Shown piece by piece: positions 63,123 to 64,000 of a stretch of 64,000 bases of DNA; position 1 is the stretch's first letter; every line of letters begins with the position of its first letter. This DNA is from Tubiluchus corallicola (Eukaryota; Animalia; Priapulida). The DNA lies in assembly GCA_030141605.1 (NCBI GenBank), contig JAQGDQ010000057.1:248001-312000 (forward strand), written 5' to 3'. The position numbers and the translations under genes are program-made. The notes under the pieces were generated by a model that saw nothing but the letters and a program-made list of their open reading frames with translations, did no database searches and was not told where the DNA came from.

Positions 63123-64000
63123 TTAAGTAGCATGAGGTTAAACATATTTACTATTATTGTTATATTATATTACATCATGCTAATTATGAATACTGTAAAA
63201 GACTTACGTTACTCTCCACTGCTATGATCTGCGACATAGTAGATCATGTTATTAAAAGTGAACACATGTTACTATTTTCTTAATTGTGACGTAAACTCAT
63301 CGGATAGTTTTTTTCCGATAAACTAAAGAGTAGAATCCATTTCTAAGGGGTTGTTGATCCCGAATTATTTCATTCTCTTTCTCCCAGTTCCACAATTTTC
63401 GCTCTAACCTATTAATATTTCCGTAATTACGATATGATATTCACCCAGCCACGATAAGTTTAAATGGTTTCGTCTACAGTAGGGTTCAGCTACGCTTGTT
63501 TCACTTTGCTAAGTAAACATAATGCATGAAAATAACCTCTCATGACTGTTTTCTACGAAGAAAAAACATTTGTTGTTAAAAAGAGTCATACATATTGTCC
63601 TATTACTGACTAAGAACCGTTAGATTCATTAGTTTCTTAGACAATTTTTAGATTAGGCTCATTTTAGTTAGGAAAGCTGTTAAAAAAGTTTAAAACTTTT
63701 AAACGTTTAAAATTAAATTTCTTACATGTTGCTTTATAATCAATTTAGTAAACCATTTATTTACTTAATTTATTTATGTATTTTGCTACACATTCATTAA
63801 AATACACATTAAAAATAAACTACAAAACAATAAAACCATGAATGTTATGACAGACGTAAAGAGGCATACATACGCCTATCGTACACAAGACATTTATCAA
63901 AATTCGAAAACTTCAATCTATTTTTGAAAAGTTTGGAATTGCCTGCAGTGGTCAAACGTGATCGTTTACTGAACTGGATAAGCAATTCCATGCTTGAACA

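Overview
This is an AT-rich, intron-rich animal (invertebrate) genomic window. The embedded 5S rRNA sequence looks spiralian/lophotrochozoan-like, which is tentative. I assembled five spliced genes by hand from phase-consistent GT-AG exons: (1) the 3' end of a + strand single-pass membrane protein (441-4864); (2) a complete minus-strand five-Ig-domain, Fasciclin-3-like membrane protein (29532-6781, about 675 aa); (3) IFT57 (32390-44401, 12 exons, about 422 aa); (4) a cytosolic-type sulfotransferase with degenerate PAPS-binding motifs (49678-56820, about 358 aa); (5) the 5' part of an unknown secreted protein (from 59992). Introns are packed with transposons. The most notable system is a retroelement pair. 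A full-length RTE LINE (17693-21717, 12-bp TSD) has a 5' end that folds into an HDV-like self-cleaving ribozyme. A non-autonomous SINE (34184-34746, 15-bp TSD) is built from a nearly complete 5S rRNA fused to the 5'-UTR segment and 3' tail of a related RTE, so a Pol III promoter stands where the ribozyme would be. Also present are piggyBac, pogo, Penelope, L2 and CR1-like relics, hAT, Harbinger and Kolobok-like MITEs, tRNA-SINE fragments and simple repeats. All structures and alignments were read by eye and need computational confirmation.
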